In this document: one piece after another, positions 26,901 to 38,799 of the stretch | How positions within the stretch are numbered: the first letter of the stretch is position 1 | How the letters are laid out: every line of letters begins with the position of its first letter | Source: Convolutriloba macropyga | Taxonomy: Eukaryota | Assembly (NCBI RefSeq): GCF_964194025.1 | Contig: NC_134479.1 | Span: 35,402,001-35,466,000 of the forward strand | Direction of reading: 5' to 3' | Length of the DNA stretch: 64,000 nt | Notes under the pieces: generated by a model | The model's input: only the letters and a program-made list of their open reading frames with translations | The model's database searches: none | Told to the model about the DNA's origin: nothing | Position numbers and translations under genes: made by a program

Positions 26901-29900
26901 TAGAACCAGTTAGCATCAGTTGCAGGTGACCTAAACCAATGGTTTTAACAATAATGATTCTGTCTAAAAAATCCCTTACACCTTCATAGATAATGCCTTG
27001 GAGACCAATCAGGTAATCACGGTCCTTTTAATTATTTTTCGACCCCGACTGCAAACAATGTAATAAGTAATAATTACGATTTAAGTTATAAACTTTTCCA
27101 TACTTTCTGTAATTCAGAAATAAAAAAAAAATTAAAGTAAATTAGAAAATATTAACAAAAAGTAGCACAATAGACTAAAATATAGAAGGAAGGTTCTGGA
27201 TTCTACTCAAGGCAGAACTTTGCTGCAACTACATCTGGGTATACTCTCAAAAAATCTGCTCGCTTCGCTAAATTACTGTACGTTCCAAGAAAAAATTGGG
27301 GGGGGTAGCAAAAATGAAGAACAATAATTTTTGATTCCAGACCATAGCGCGACTTCTGGGAAGCGTTTCGCAGACCATGTAATTTGGGTTGCACCACGCC
27401 ACCAGTGGTTTTCTAAGCAAATTTTTCCAATTTGCGCTGTTCTATTTGTTCTATGGAAACCTTAATACACTATTTTGTGCTCAGCCAGCACCTTCTTGCA
27501 GCGGATGGCGTTCTTATTAAGGAAAACCCACCAATGTTGAAAGCAAAATCCCTGAGAGAGCTCGTTTAGCGCTTTAAATTTTAAGCTCATTATACTCCGT
27601 ACCCAAAAAAATTGTTTTTCACATCTTTAACAATATTTAAAATGACAGAAATTTGCAATTATAACAGATTATATTTCCAATTTTAGAACATAAAATCGAT
27701 TATGATGGAAATTAATTATATGAAATATAAAATCCCCAATCAATTATAATTCAGTAAAATTAAATTTAAAAAAATTTAATAGTTTAAAGTATCATTGCTT
27801 ATTCAAAATTAGCAACCTCTCTCTTCTCCAACTTTTTGTTTCCGCTACCTTTCTTTCTCTTTTCCTGCATCTCTGTTTGGAAAATTTGTGATCACCATTC
27901 AAAACTCCAATTTGAAGAGGAAAGGTGCAGGATCTTTTTTCCTTCAACCATTCTTCCTTGCAAGTTTTTCAAAAGATAAAATGAATGCCGTCAAAGAGAA
28001 ATAGCATCTCAATTACATTGAATAGCATCTTTTTTCTCAAATCATTATTATAAAATAATAAACTATACCTGGAAGTACTAGGTGTTCCCCAGTATTGCAA
28101 CTCTTTTTTTCATGTACTTGTCAAGGTCTTCCCAGGTTTAGTTGTCCGACTCTAGACCGCTATGGTGAGACCATTGGGATCGCATAACGGGAGTGTGGTG
28201 CGATCCAAATTACACGGTTCGTGAAACTTATGAATAGCACGATGGTCTAGACTATGGTCGTACTACCGTCTGATCAGAGAGCAATCAAGGAGAGAAATGC
28301 TCAAAAAACTAAACACGTTTTGATGCCTTTTGTTTCCATTCTTTTTGGATAATAACTTCGATTTGAAAAATTATACAGATCTTTTTTTTTAAATTTTGAT
28401 AACCTTTGTTTTCTGTAATCCCGTTGATGTTGCTGAGAGAAATCGTAGTCTCTGAAACAAAGGGGTGGGTTTTGTTAATTTTGTTTTTTTTGTGTTTAGA
28501 TTAATAACAGTTAGTTACCTTTTCGAATGATGTTGTGGAAAAATGGCGATGAGGAAAAAAGTTTGTTGAATATTCCTCTGAAAGTCTGGACCCTGGAATG
28601 GTGAAAAAAAACTCAAAATTTCAAAATGGACAAAAATAACACAAAAGTTTAAACAGATTACCTTTGTTGCGTTGAGTAACGAATTAAAACGGAGTTGATT
28701 GAGGCTAAATGTGTCACAGATCATAAAATCTGCAGCTCTATTCTGATTTGCTAAAATTCGAGTAATTTGGTTTTCGGTGTTAACGAAAACCTATAATAAT
28801 AAATTCTTTTTCGATTACTCAGAAATACAAATGGCAAACAATCCAAGCTAGCAGATGAAGGCTGATTTAAACTTTATGCAAAATTATGCAAAAGTTAACA
28901 AAATCAATTATAATTGAGAATTTTGAGACGGCTGTGGATGCGGGACATTAAACCAACTGCACGTAATTTTAAAACACGTCATAGTTGTCTAGATAAGTGG
29001 TTTTTTTGTGATTTAAATCTGTGAAAACTAATCCTAAAAAGCAACTCGATAAGAGAAAGAGGCAAGAGAAAACGACAAATTGATGTAGAATTTTGACTTA
29101 ACTTGATTGTTTTGTGATAAAAACGTTTTAATTTTAAATTTTACTTGAATATAAGAAGTGCTAACAGTAATTTTTCGCCTTGAGAAAATTTCCTTGATAT
29201 CTTTTCTCGCTCTAACCAAATTAATGCATGCACGAGAACATTGGTTTTCTAATTTCTAATGAACTTAGTTAACCAGATGGACCTAAATTTATAAAGACAA
29301 GAGTCGTAAATCGCGCAGCGCATAAACACAATTAAGCCATGTGAGTCGCTGACGGCTGCCATGAAAAATTGTTGTTTGTTAAGTTGGAACCCTTTTAGTA
29401 TGTGAAGCACAACCAATTCCAATCACCCTTAATGATTGTCTATTATGACAATTATTAATGATATAAAATATCTCATTTAATTTCTTGCTTAAATTATTTT
29501 CATATCTTTGTGAACTCGGCGAAATTACATAATATATCTCTGAATGTGTTAAATATCTTTTTTTTACTGTAAAAAAGCTTTTCTGTGTAAAAAAGTTATT
29601 TCACACATTCATTGATTAATTGCTCTCAAACGAAGTTTGTATCAATTATATTAGTCCTGTCGGTCTTTTTTATGCGATTTTTCTCTTGACCGATTTTTTG
29701 TCACGCTTTTGACTTTTTGTCCTCGAAAACGATTTAAACAGGTAGCGCCCAGCGGGCATTAAGTACTCTTAGAGCCTATCAGCTCTGTTTTAGCCCAAAC
29801 TGTTTTGGAGACTTAAACTTATGGTTTGAAGGGCGGTTCTTAAAGGTTGAAGACACCCTAACTTGTGACCCCCTCCTCCCCCCCCCCCAAAACATGCAAT

Positions 29901-32900
29901 TTTTTTTTCAAGTGTTGAAATTTTTGTCAGTTTTAGGTCTCTCAAGAGTAAAGAGCCACATAACCTCCTCTAGGGTTTGATTATAGGGTAATGCATAGCT
30001 TCTAGATGTAATGGAAGGTTTTGTCAAGATTTTATTATGAGCAATTTAAATTTTTTCAAGTTTTTTGAATCTTTTTGATTTTTTGTCATTTTTTCCAGCA
30101 CCATGGTCCTAGGAACCTCCTTCAAGGTTTGGTGATAAGCAGTGATAAGCGCAAATTTTTTTGAGTTTATGGAATGGTTATCAATATTTTAATGACTCCA
30201 GCTTTAGCAATTTTTGTTAAGTTTATTTTTTTCATTTTTTTCGGAAAATTATTATCATGTTCCAAGTTTATGAATCTCTTTGAGCCAGTGAAACTATTTA
30301 AAGCTTGAAATAGGGATTCTGGATAGTCTCGAGACATTGAAATAGTTTTGAAGAATTTAATAGCTGGAACTTTTTAAAGTTCGGTTAAAATTTGCGATTG
30401 TTTTCAAAATTTTTGAAAATACTCGAAAATTTTTCGAAAATAATTTCTAAAATTTTTCAATATTTTCGTCCTTTTCTGAGTTTAACAATCCTTACTGGCC
30501 AACGAAGCTTTTCAAGTCTCGCAGATGGGTTTCTTGACATAACTACAGAGACAAATATTAGTTTTGGCGAAATCTGGAGGCTTTTCTTTTAAATTTTGCA
30601 ATATTTTGCAAATTTTTAACAAATAAATTCTTTATTTGATTTATTTATTAAAATGGCTAGAAAACTATAAAAGATGCAGAATCGAATCAAGCTTAAGCTA
30701 GCCTCACCAAACCATGGCTAGCTCGCCGGTTGTTTGAGAGCAGTTCGCCCGACGTCGGTTATGTTATATTATGTAATTTAGCCGAGTTTAAGTAATTTTT
30801 GCCGAGTTTATGTAACTTCGCGGTCCAAAGGGAAACCTTGATCCAATTTTACCTGCAGGATTGTTTACATTGTTACGTCACGTAGCTTACTTTTCTGTGT
30901 TCGGATTTGATCAACTGATGACACGTGTGTTGTTCATGACAAGTCGCGCCCTCTACCTGGATGCAAAACTGGAAGCCTGGGAAAAGGTACTTTCTTGTGA
31001 ACAAATTGTAAGTTTTTTTCTGCGAGAACTTGAAAAAGAAGTAGCTTTTGTGAAAGCTAGACGGCTTTAATGCGGCTTTCGCGAGATTAATGCGTGATTA
31101 TGTGAACACAGAGTGTGCAAGATTTTAAATGGAATCCCGCATATCATCTTTTTAAAAGATCTTGTGACATTTTACATGAGACCAATTGACCTTTTCTACT
31201 CAAGGTCTCTAATTATGCTGTTCGCCAAACCGTCGAGGCGACATCAATTCATGATGTGAATTAGGGCAGTTATTTGAGGTTGACTTCTGCCCCCCCCCCC
31301 CCCCCCCCCCCCACTTCCACGCACTCCCTCCAGTGCGCCTCGTCCACCTCATTCCACCCATAACACGCGCTGAAAACACTCCAACCCTGGTCACACAGAA
31401 ATTGAGAAATTTGACCACAAAATCATTTAAATTTAAGCAATTGAAATCTATTGATGTAATTTTAGGTAGAAACAAGCGTGATTGGCGACGGGATAATGGC
31501 AAAGATTCTGCGGAAGTTGTCGTCTCTCTTCGAATCGAATAATAAACTGTCTCAGCAAATTTCTACTCTCAAATGTTTGCCCGAACTCTCATTCACGGAT
31601 GGAAATTTCTTCAAATTTTTCGCAGGAAAGCACTATCTTTGGGCTCTTTTGCTTTAATAGCAAGTTTTGCTAAAAACGAGTTTTTGTGTAGAAGTAATTG
31701 CTATAGTTGTCTTGTTTTCACTGCTAACTCATATAGAGGTAGGGTTCAAATTTTTTCATTGACTAAGCTTAGTCTGTTTGAACAAAAAATAAAAAATGTT
31801 TACAGCTGCAAGGAGTCTTCATTTTTTTTGTTTTTAATTTTTCATTTAAAAAACTTTAAAATTTTATTAAACGTAGAGTCAGCTAAACGTTTTTGGCTCG
31901 AATATCAATTCTGGCGATAGTTTCTATGACTACTAGAAAAGACCCATTATAACAAAAAATGAAGAAACTTGTGCGAACAAAAACTAATCGTCAAGATATC
32001 AGTTCCAGAGATAAAAAAATTGACAAAAAGCTGGAAAATTTTTTAGGTTTGGATGCTGACTCCCCATGTTTATGTCATTTGGCGTCCGAAAACAGGCTTC
32101 TAGCCTGATTGACGTACGTGNNNNNNNNNNNNNNNNNNNNNNNNNNNNNNNNNNNNNNNNNNNNNNNNNNNNNNNNNNNNNNNNNNNNNNNNNNNNNNNN
32201 NNNNNNNNNNNNNNNNNNNNNNNNNNNNNNNNNNNNNNNNNNNNNNNNNNNNNNNNNNNNNNNNNNNNNNNNNNNNNNNNNNNNNNNNNNNNNNNNNNNN
32301 NNNNNNNNNNNNNNNNNNNNATGAAAAAGATCAATTTTTTGATCGTGAAAAAAAGTAGTAAAATCCGCAAAAATATGTGCTCAATCCAATTCCTGTGTAT
32401 TTTTAGTGAAAGCTCACTTTTTTTCAATTTTCTTAAACTGGTTTCTGTTTTGACATCCCGGTCAGCCATCATACAACTTTCTTTGATATCATATTATGTC
32501 AGATATCGATACATAAAGGACACTTTCGTAGAAATCAAAGTAGATCGTATGTGGTCCGAATGAAATTCTTAATAGTCATACAAGGATCAAGTATAGTTTC
32601 CTGATAATCATACAAGGATCAAGATGATTTCTTTGTTTTGCTAGTAGGATGGTACTATGATATCAAGTACGGACAGTATGAAATCATATATGATCCTTGT
32701 ATGAAATCAACGAAACTTCACCCGTGGATTGGAAGTTAAGGATAAAAAAAGAGCCCCAATTTGCCCCCAAGTGATGGTTGTATGTCAGTGGATTTTGCAC
32801 TACACGAGGATATTTGTGACGCGTTCTTTCCATTTGATAGCAGCTTTGTACTACTATAGAAGAGGCAAAGACAGAACCCTCCACTTGTACAACTCATTCC

Positions 32901-35900
32901 TCAAGTATGTATTTTTCCTCGTTTTTCAGTTATCAAATAGAATCTTGGTTTGTTCCGACTGAAGTTTTGCATGAAATCCACAAAACTTCACGGTATTAAT
33001 TTTTTAACAAAAAAGTTCCGTAAATTTTCAAATTAAAGCAATAAAAATTTATGTAAGAATAACTGTGAATTTAACATAACTGTGATTAATTGCCCTCAAT
33101 AAAAGTTTGTCGCAATTATATTTGTCCTGTGGTCATTTATTAAATAAAATTTTTTGCTTGATCGACTTTTCGTATGAAGCATTTGATTTTTCGCCCTCAA
33201 GAATGGGATAAACAGGTAACGCTCGGGGGGCATTAAGTTCTCTTAGAGCCATACGCCTAACCACCGTCTACGAATACAATTCATCAAAAACTGTTTTGAG
33301 ACAACTTCATGGTGCAAAGGTGTTTCTTAATCTTGTAAGTTTGACAATCCAGTCACCCCCAGTCAATCAGCCCTCCCCTCCCCACTCACCCCCAACACAC
33401 CCCCATTCCTCCCTCCTCTACGTGGTGGTTGCGAACCCCCCTCGTCAAGTCGTCTCAACTTTACTCGACCCCCGCCAATCGCTGAACCCCCCCCCTATTC
33501 CGCTACCCCCACTCTATCCCCCATTCGAGCGTCTCTAAATCTCTAAGCCCCCATCTGGGTTCTACCGCAATCAACTGATCGCCGGTCGTTGGAGATTATT
33601 TCGTTCGACATTAGTTGGTTATGTTTCGTTTTGCACACGTTCCCATGTCTTGGTACCCAGACTAAAGTGACCACTGATCTGGAAAAGCCTTTGCGCGCAT
33701 TATAGTTTGAACAATGCGCTGAAACTTGACTGATCAGAGTTCACATCCGTCCTCGATGGTCTGATCAGAAACTGAATCGCCGCAGATACTCAATCACTGA
33801 ATCAGAAACATGAGTAAATTTTGAGTTAACTTTTGTCTTAGCAGAAGCAATTTAAAACGCACCATACTTTTGTCGGGGAAAAAGATTCGTTGATGCAAAA
33901 CAAATTACAGCAACTTGAAACAAATATCTGGAATAATACCACTACTCCCCTAAGCTGTTGACCTTAGCAACGTTTCGTTTCAAAAATGACGTGAATTAAT
34001 TGACCGCTTGCTTTTCAACGAGACCATCCTATAAGTTTCGGCGTTTTATCATTGGGATATCCGATAAGCAAGCGCAACCTTGCATATTAAAATCAAACGC
34101 CTTTTCTAAACAGTTACTATACGTTGGCGCAATTTACTGTCCAAAAAATAGTTCAAGCAGATCAACACAAATCTTTGAGATGTTGCCTCAAACCTAATGG
34201 TAAATTTATATGGGTTCTGGAACCATTCGTTAAAACATAGTGCCAGCCATTAGATTGTAGTCTTTCTAGGGTTCAAATCTCCAGCTACTTTTCATAAAAA
34301 ATTTCAGTTTTGTAATATAGTGATTATCTTAATTCTTTGAGAGTCAAACTAATTGACTCTCAAATTGCGAGGTTTTCTTTTTTATATTGCCAAATATATG
34401 TTAGGATAAAATTAGATTCAATCCACTCGAATTTTAAAAAATGACTCCAAGTCCAAATTATTATTTCTTGCAATTTCCGTGTGTCTCAATCACCTTATTA
34501 TAAAATCTATTGCCGTTCTATGTATAATTTGAAATCAGTCATGAAACAAATTAATCCGGTAAAATACTCCGAACGTTCTGCTGAATGTTTTGTTTTTGTG
34601 GATACATTTGTTGTTGGAATCTAGATATTGGAAAATATTGGAAACTAGAAAGAGAGAGAGAGAGAGAGAGAAACTGAGAGGAAGAGCACGAGAAACAGGG
34701 AAGGGAAGGGAGGAAGGGAGGAAAATGAACAGAGAGAAAAAATGAGAGGGANNNNNNNNNNNNNNNNNNNNNNNNNNNNNNNNNNNNNNNNNNNNNNNNN
34801 NNNNNNNNNNNNNNNNNNNNNNNNNNNNNNNNNNNNNNNNNNNNNNNNNNNNNNNNNNNNNNNNNNNNNNNNNNNNNNNNNNNNNNNNNNNNNNNNNNNN
34901 NNNNNNNNNNNNNNNNNNNNNNNNNNNNNNNNNNNNNNNNNNNNNNNNNNNNNNNNNNNNNNNNNNNNNNNNNNNNNNNNNNNNNNNNNNATGAAATGTT
35001 TCTTAAAAATTGTGCTAATATTTTTAAATTGTGCTAGTACTTTTTTTCGTTTTTTATTGTTATTAGTTGGTTTTCTGCATATGATTGGGTAAATTGATGA
35101 CACTCGAAACTGCATATTTGATTTTAACTTTTTAAAAAGCTAATTCACACTTATCACATAGCTTCTTTGTGCTGGGATAGCTTTATGTTATCTTACATGA
35201 TAATTGCAAGAAAAATATGTTTCAAGGCTCATGTATGACAATTGTTAATCAGTTAGTACATGTTCAAAAATTGAAGAAAGTTGAAAATTATCAAATTATT
35301 CAAAATTCAGAGTTAAAAAGCTGCGAGATTATTTTTTTTGTAGTAAATTTTGTCAGCTTTGATAATTGATGTTCTAACCCGGCGCAAACTTATAACCCAA
35401 AACGATATAAATTTACGGGCTGAATCAAGAGATTTTAAAGAAAATTTTCCTCAAATTTCATACACAAATGGGGGAGTAATGGTTTGAAAAAGATGTAGGA
35501 GTGGGTGGTTTTGGAGAACGTTTAGGAGAATTTGCGGCAATAGCTGGAGACAAGGGGGTTGCTTTTAATGCAAGAGTAACAGTAGTGTGGAGGAAAAAAT
35601 TGAAGAGTGTGCAAGAAAAAAGTGGAAGAGTGTGCGTACTGGGGAGATAAACGCGTACTGTGGAGATAAACGCGTACTGGGAGATAAACGCGTACTGTGG
35701 AGATAAACGCGTACTGGGAGATAAACGCGTACTGGGAGATAAACGCGTAGGGGTTGGGGGTTATAGGGATAAAACAATGTGGCCAGCGGTAATGAGAAGA
35801 AAACAATGTAGGTGTAGGTGTGGAGGCAAAGGGGAGAAAACGGCGCAGGAGTTATGGTACTGGGTAAAAAATTAAGAGTGGGGGAGGGGACGTAACGGGG

Positions 35901-36891
35901 GGGGGGGGGGTTAGAAACTCCTTTTATTACAACCCACTCTTACATTGCTTTCTGCCCAATACCCCTGAAATTACATCGATTTAACCCAGTAGTGACAACA
36001 TCTAATCTCGGAACCCCAAGCTATAGAATCATAAATTCTTACCTCTTAGCGCTCAAACACTCACGGCTGAACCCGTGCTTCGAATAAAACATTCAACGAG
36101 AAATGCAAGTAATCAATAATAATATATCATTACTTTTTTAACCCCTAATTTTACATGATTTTATCCCCAATAATAATGTTTGTAAATATTAGTCTGACGT
36201 AAATTCTAAAAATTATATGCCCTCATACCCTCACCCCCATCTGTTCCCCTATTATTATCAAATCGTTTTGGGAGAATTTGGGAGTTTTGGGGGTAAATTC
36301 AAAGAATATCGTCCCTAACCCCATTCCCCCCGTTACTCCTTCCCTTACATCGGTCTACGGAGATGTTGGGGAGAAATTTTGACAGTTGCAAAGGGATGAA
36401 AGGTAGCGTTTTAGTAACTTTTTTCATATTTTAGAGAACGAGTCCGAAAGTTTGAAACCTGCAAAACAACCCTTTTGTTACAACTGTGCCACAAAACAGA
36501 CCAAAATACGATTCCCATTGATGTTCTCAATTATGTCGCCACAAAATGCCTCCTACGCAGAAAACAGAAAAAACCAAATAGAAAATCTTCAATTAATATC
36601 AAAGATTGCGATTTCTGTGGTGAAAAACGAAATAGGGTTCACAAAACGTGTTTAGTGTGTGATTTCACGCTTTGCCAAGTTTGCTATGAACTCAGCTTGG
36701 GCGCTTGTGTTAAGTGCAAAATCGTGAAAACTCTTCGAGAAACAGGAAACGGTCAATGTCAAGTATGTGATCGATTTTTGACTGGAGACGAAGAACTTCT
36801 AACTTGTAAATTGAAAGCTGACAATAACAGTGATAACGTTATAAGAGTGTGTAATCTCTGCTCTGATGATAAACAGAGCAGTCATCATTAG
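13464..36891 (+). CDS. DC-STAMP domain protein (DCST1/sneaky/SPE-42-like), 5' end outside the window. Exons 13464-~13597, ~13799-14053, 25751-25869, 30859-30986, 31466-31625, 32772-32904, 36435-36891
   Basis: The spliced product carries family motifs in order: YN.NIEFDNKYL..YF.RIEKRR...LFPLR..E; FGFDQ; V.GDGIMAKILR; CLP; LIAALYY..R...R.L.LYN..LK.R; and a terminal CxxC-x10-CxxC-x4-CxxC-x7-CxxC RING-like domain. Splice phases from 14053 onward are mutually compatible. Confidence 0.85.
13799..14053 (+). CDS. DCST-like exon (...WIYVRKYNVNIEFDNKYLEDYFLRIEK); 5' boundary uncertain
   Basis: Hydrophobic segment followed by the FDN-Y motif. AG|GTAACA donor, phase 2. Confidence 0.85.
14300..14610. repeat. 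Cluster of degenerate short repeats (CTGAT(T)CAG and CCAAGTCTTGG/CCAAGACTTGG); a related cluster lies at 15790-16110
   Basis: Repeated CCAAG(T/A)CTTGG...CTCTGCCCAGAGA units of about 32 bp, in both orientations. Confidence 0.7.
14865..14933. repeat. (TA)n microsatellite
   Basis: Seen directly. Confidence 0.98.
16983..18095 (+). CDS. LINE ORF1, gag-like nucleic-acid-binding protein (intact, 370 aa)
   Basis: Three zinc knuckles: CFKCQQFGHSAKEC, CLRCSQEHSVKEC, CSNCGGAHATVYRGC. Confidence 0.93.
   Translation: MTADETTQDESDFNEVRSKRKRFRKQAQNPITNVRPIVVSIDPRPSQLQFARAIRSNFPVVKIKHIRELKNNTNFFIQPEDLASRECLMLTVNLTQAFPNATVNARNTLPKPKTKPSFVIVNVHHSISVDEIKVELLNNNAMNVNKVTRITSRTTGQPTKLIRVITDSNNHVSAAQKHGVKIGWQLYRCEASREPPLVMQCFKCQQFGHSAKECSNATRCLRCSQEHSVKECSVQKENAKCSNCGGAHATVYRGCPAYQQKLAEASRKRNENKYSTAAKNLKPQTNVEMPPQTEKIAVLIAEVLSKIRTVLNTMSYSDIINIVSNSASRIFNEKIDGQKIHESIKSANAIPVNSMPPNNISNSQNFNQNG
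18088..20792 (+). pseudogene. LINE ORF2 (apurinic-like endonuclease plus reverse transcriptase), disrupted
   Basis: Motifs ILQWNCRGL, GDFNS, SGH (degenerate SDH), PGPD, YRPISL, LDVEKAFD, PQGS, FADD. Frameshift at about 18315, stops at 18956 and 19460, probable frameshift at about 20735. The ATG overlaps the end of ORF1. Confidence 0.93.
22671..24849. repeat. Degenerate foldback/MITE-like region rich in CATACAAGGATCATATATG motifs (related patch at 32570-32725)
   Basis: The motif and its reverse complement cluster at 22690-22830, 23230-23370 and 24700-24845. The two ends are loosely inverted. Confidence 0.5.
24960..25032 (-). pseudogene. tRNA-Phe-derived pseudogene (anticodon position now reads TCA)
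   Basis: Ungapped match to the tRNA at 13188-13260. The D and anticodon stems are broken; the A and B boxes are largely kept. Confidence 0.85.
25033..25345 (+). pseudogene. Diverged duplicate of 13261-13595, including a dead copy of the DCST-like exon
   Basis: Shared blocks AATAAAGCAC..TTGTCAGCCT, AGCACAGGA.TTTATCA, TATTTGGAATC.CGGTCGGCTTT.AACACAATCGGC and TTCTCAGTCA, with an internal deletion. Confidence 0.85.
25751..25869 (+). CDS. DCST-like exon (RQRDKEMCLFPLRANEKQRLL...KLFET)
   Basis: TTTTAG acceptor; the phase matches the previous exon; LLPL-type motif; ends at AG|GCATTA. Confidence 0.8.
29590..29850 (+). repeat. Dispersed repeat family member (other copies at about 33083-33340 and 37420-37570)
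   Basis: Copies 1 and 2 share GATTAATTGC.CTCAA...AATTATATT.GTCCTGT. All three share AAACAG...GGGC...CTCTTAGAGCC...AAACTG.. Confidence 0.75.
30859..30986 (+). CDS. DCST-like exon (GLFTLLRHVAYFSVFGFDQ...LEAWEK)
   Basis: CCTGCAG acceptor and AAG|GTACTT donor. Transmembrane segment with the G-x-D motif. Confidence 0.85.
31466..31625 (+). CDS. DCST-like exon (VETSVIGDGIMAKILRKL...KCLPELSFTDGNFFKFFA)
   Basis: TTTTAG acceptor, phase 0. V.G.G..A..LR and CLP motifs. No usable GT donor before the in-frame stop at about 31655. Confidence 0.85.
32772..32904 (+). CDS. DCST-like exon (VMVVCQWILHY...IAALYYYRRGKDRTLHLYNSFLK)
   Basis: IAA.Y...R...R...LYN motif. The AA|GTATGT donor (phase 2) matches the last exon. 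Confidence 0.85.
34651..34751. repeat. (GA)n / purine-rich low-complexity tract next to an N gap
   Basis: Seen directly. Confidence 0.9.
35634..35749. repeat. Minisatellite, 6 copies of 18-19 bp GCGTACTG(T)GGAGATAAAC
   Basis: Seen directly; no spacers. Confidence 0.95.
36435..36891 (+). CDS. DCST-like terminal exon with a C4C4 RING-like domain and an extra Cys-rich tail
   Basis: Pyrimidine tract plus TTAG acceptor; CDFC...CLVC...CQVC...CVKC; TAG stop at 36889-36891. Confidence 0.85.
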
Positions 36892-38799
36892 AAATGTTTT
36901 ATTTGTCCTCTTTTATAACGTACATTTTAAAATTTTTAATCTAAAAAATACACATGTTATAGTGAATTGAAAAGGTGGGCGATATGCAACAGTTTGTATG
37001 TTTTATTTTCCCAAAATTTTACCTGTACACTACAAATTTCTCAAAAACTAACGCCTCAGCTGGCTATACAGGGAGTTGCTAACAACAGAAAGATAAGGAA
37101 GAAAAATTTCCTTTTGAAACTTTCATCAGAAACCTTCATTTCAAGATTAAAATTGGGGGAAGGTACAATTTTTCGTTGCTACTGACCTAATGAACTTATA
37201 GGTTTAACAACATCAAAAATTACGTCAGAAGTTGACCTCCCATATATTTGCGGCAGCGATCAAATCCAAGTCTTGAATTGCAACAAAATAGTTTCGGTAC
37301 AGTATCTATTTTCATTAAGTACTTTTTAAATGCTCTCAAACAAAGTGTGTAAAAACTATATGCAATTGATCGACTTACCGATTTTTGTACCGATCTTTTC
37401 AATTTTTGTCCACAACACCGAGATAAACAGATTTAGCCCGGAAGTTACTAACGGGCTGAGGGGCTCTCTTAGAGCCTTAAGCCTTACTAACCCCTAAGTA
37501 TGCGATTAACCAAAACTGATGTCAAGAGACCATTTCATTGTGTGAAGGTTGGTTCTTATTCATAAAAGTTTGATAAATTCAATTAAACCACTACACTACC
37601 CCAAGCATTCAGTCAACACTTCCTCGTCCACTCTCCACCACCTGTTAATTTGGAGCCCCTCGCGTCCATTCTTCCCAGCCCTAAACCCGACGCTTGATCT
37701 CTTCTCCACACCCCCTTAAGTACTCTCATCCACCTAATGCTAGCATCACTAGACCCCTCCAAATCGACCACTTTGCTTGTCCTCATTTACAATAGAGACT
37801 TTTTTAACAAACACAGGCGGCACGGTGCTTTCAACACATCCACAGGCGATGACTTTTAACGAGCAATATGAACGCAGCAATTACTTAAGTTCGAGCAACA
37901 TAAGTGCATCAAGCACTTAAGGTCGAGCCAATGTCGGCTAGGCTACTTAATATTTAGAAAAAATGCAGCAATGTGCAATATATCAAACAATTTGAGCTCT
38001 AAAGCTATGTAACCTAAGCTATTTCATGAGCTCTTTTACTGCCCAAACAGGCAGGGAAATTTGTCTGAGACTTTTTATTGCAGTACAAGACAAACTGAAA
38101 ATTTTTTTGACACTCCTTTTCAATTGTTTAAATGGAATCACGGATAAGCTCGGGTTCAAAACACACCAGAAAAACGCAAAGAATTAAAGGGCAATTAATA
38201 TACACTACATGGGAGATTGTCCTATTGTTTATTACTTGTTCACAAGATATTTCCAGATTACAATGAATTGCTAGGTTATACCATTGGCTAAATTCAAGAA
38301 TGCGCAAATTTTGCAAATCAAAAAAGAATTGGGAGTCATAATCAAATTATATAAGGAAATCAATATGGTGTTTGAACACTCCGAGCCGCGCGTTTCACGG
38401 CAAAAACTGAATGAGATTGTAAAAACTTCAAATAAACATTTTCATTTCATGTTTTCATTGATTGTTTCCTAAAACTATGTAATGACATGAACTTGTTAGG
38501 ACAGTTATAAGTTGCAGAAAGTTCTCATATCAGTTGTCTCAATTAACGATCGTTTGGCTTCATTAAAATGTTTTTGGGAACTTTCTATACACACTCTACT
38601 GGTGATGACGGCTACAGGTGTAGGTTTTTGAAAAACCATTTTTTCAGCAACATTTTGTATCAGTGTTTAAAAATAGTTGTTTGTGATTGGAATACTGTGT
38701 CGTTAAATAACAAATTTGTAAGCAGCTATTGGGCTTCATCAGGGAACTGAAGAATTTTGAAGAATTTAGGGAACTGAAAACTGACATTTGCCTTTGCAG

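Noticed and set aside
31050-31230. DGFNAAFARLMRDYVN as the DCST A..LR exon
   Set aside because: It needs frameshifts; exon 31466-31625 fits the motif, phase and acceptor cleanly.
35634-35749. CRISPR-like appearance of short repeats (also 1346-1444, 53600-53880, 59645-59755)
   Set aside because: No unique spacers and no cas genes; the context is eukaryotic.
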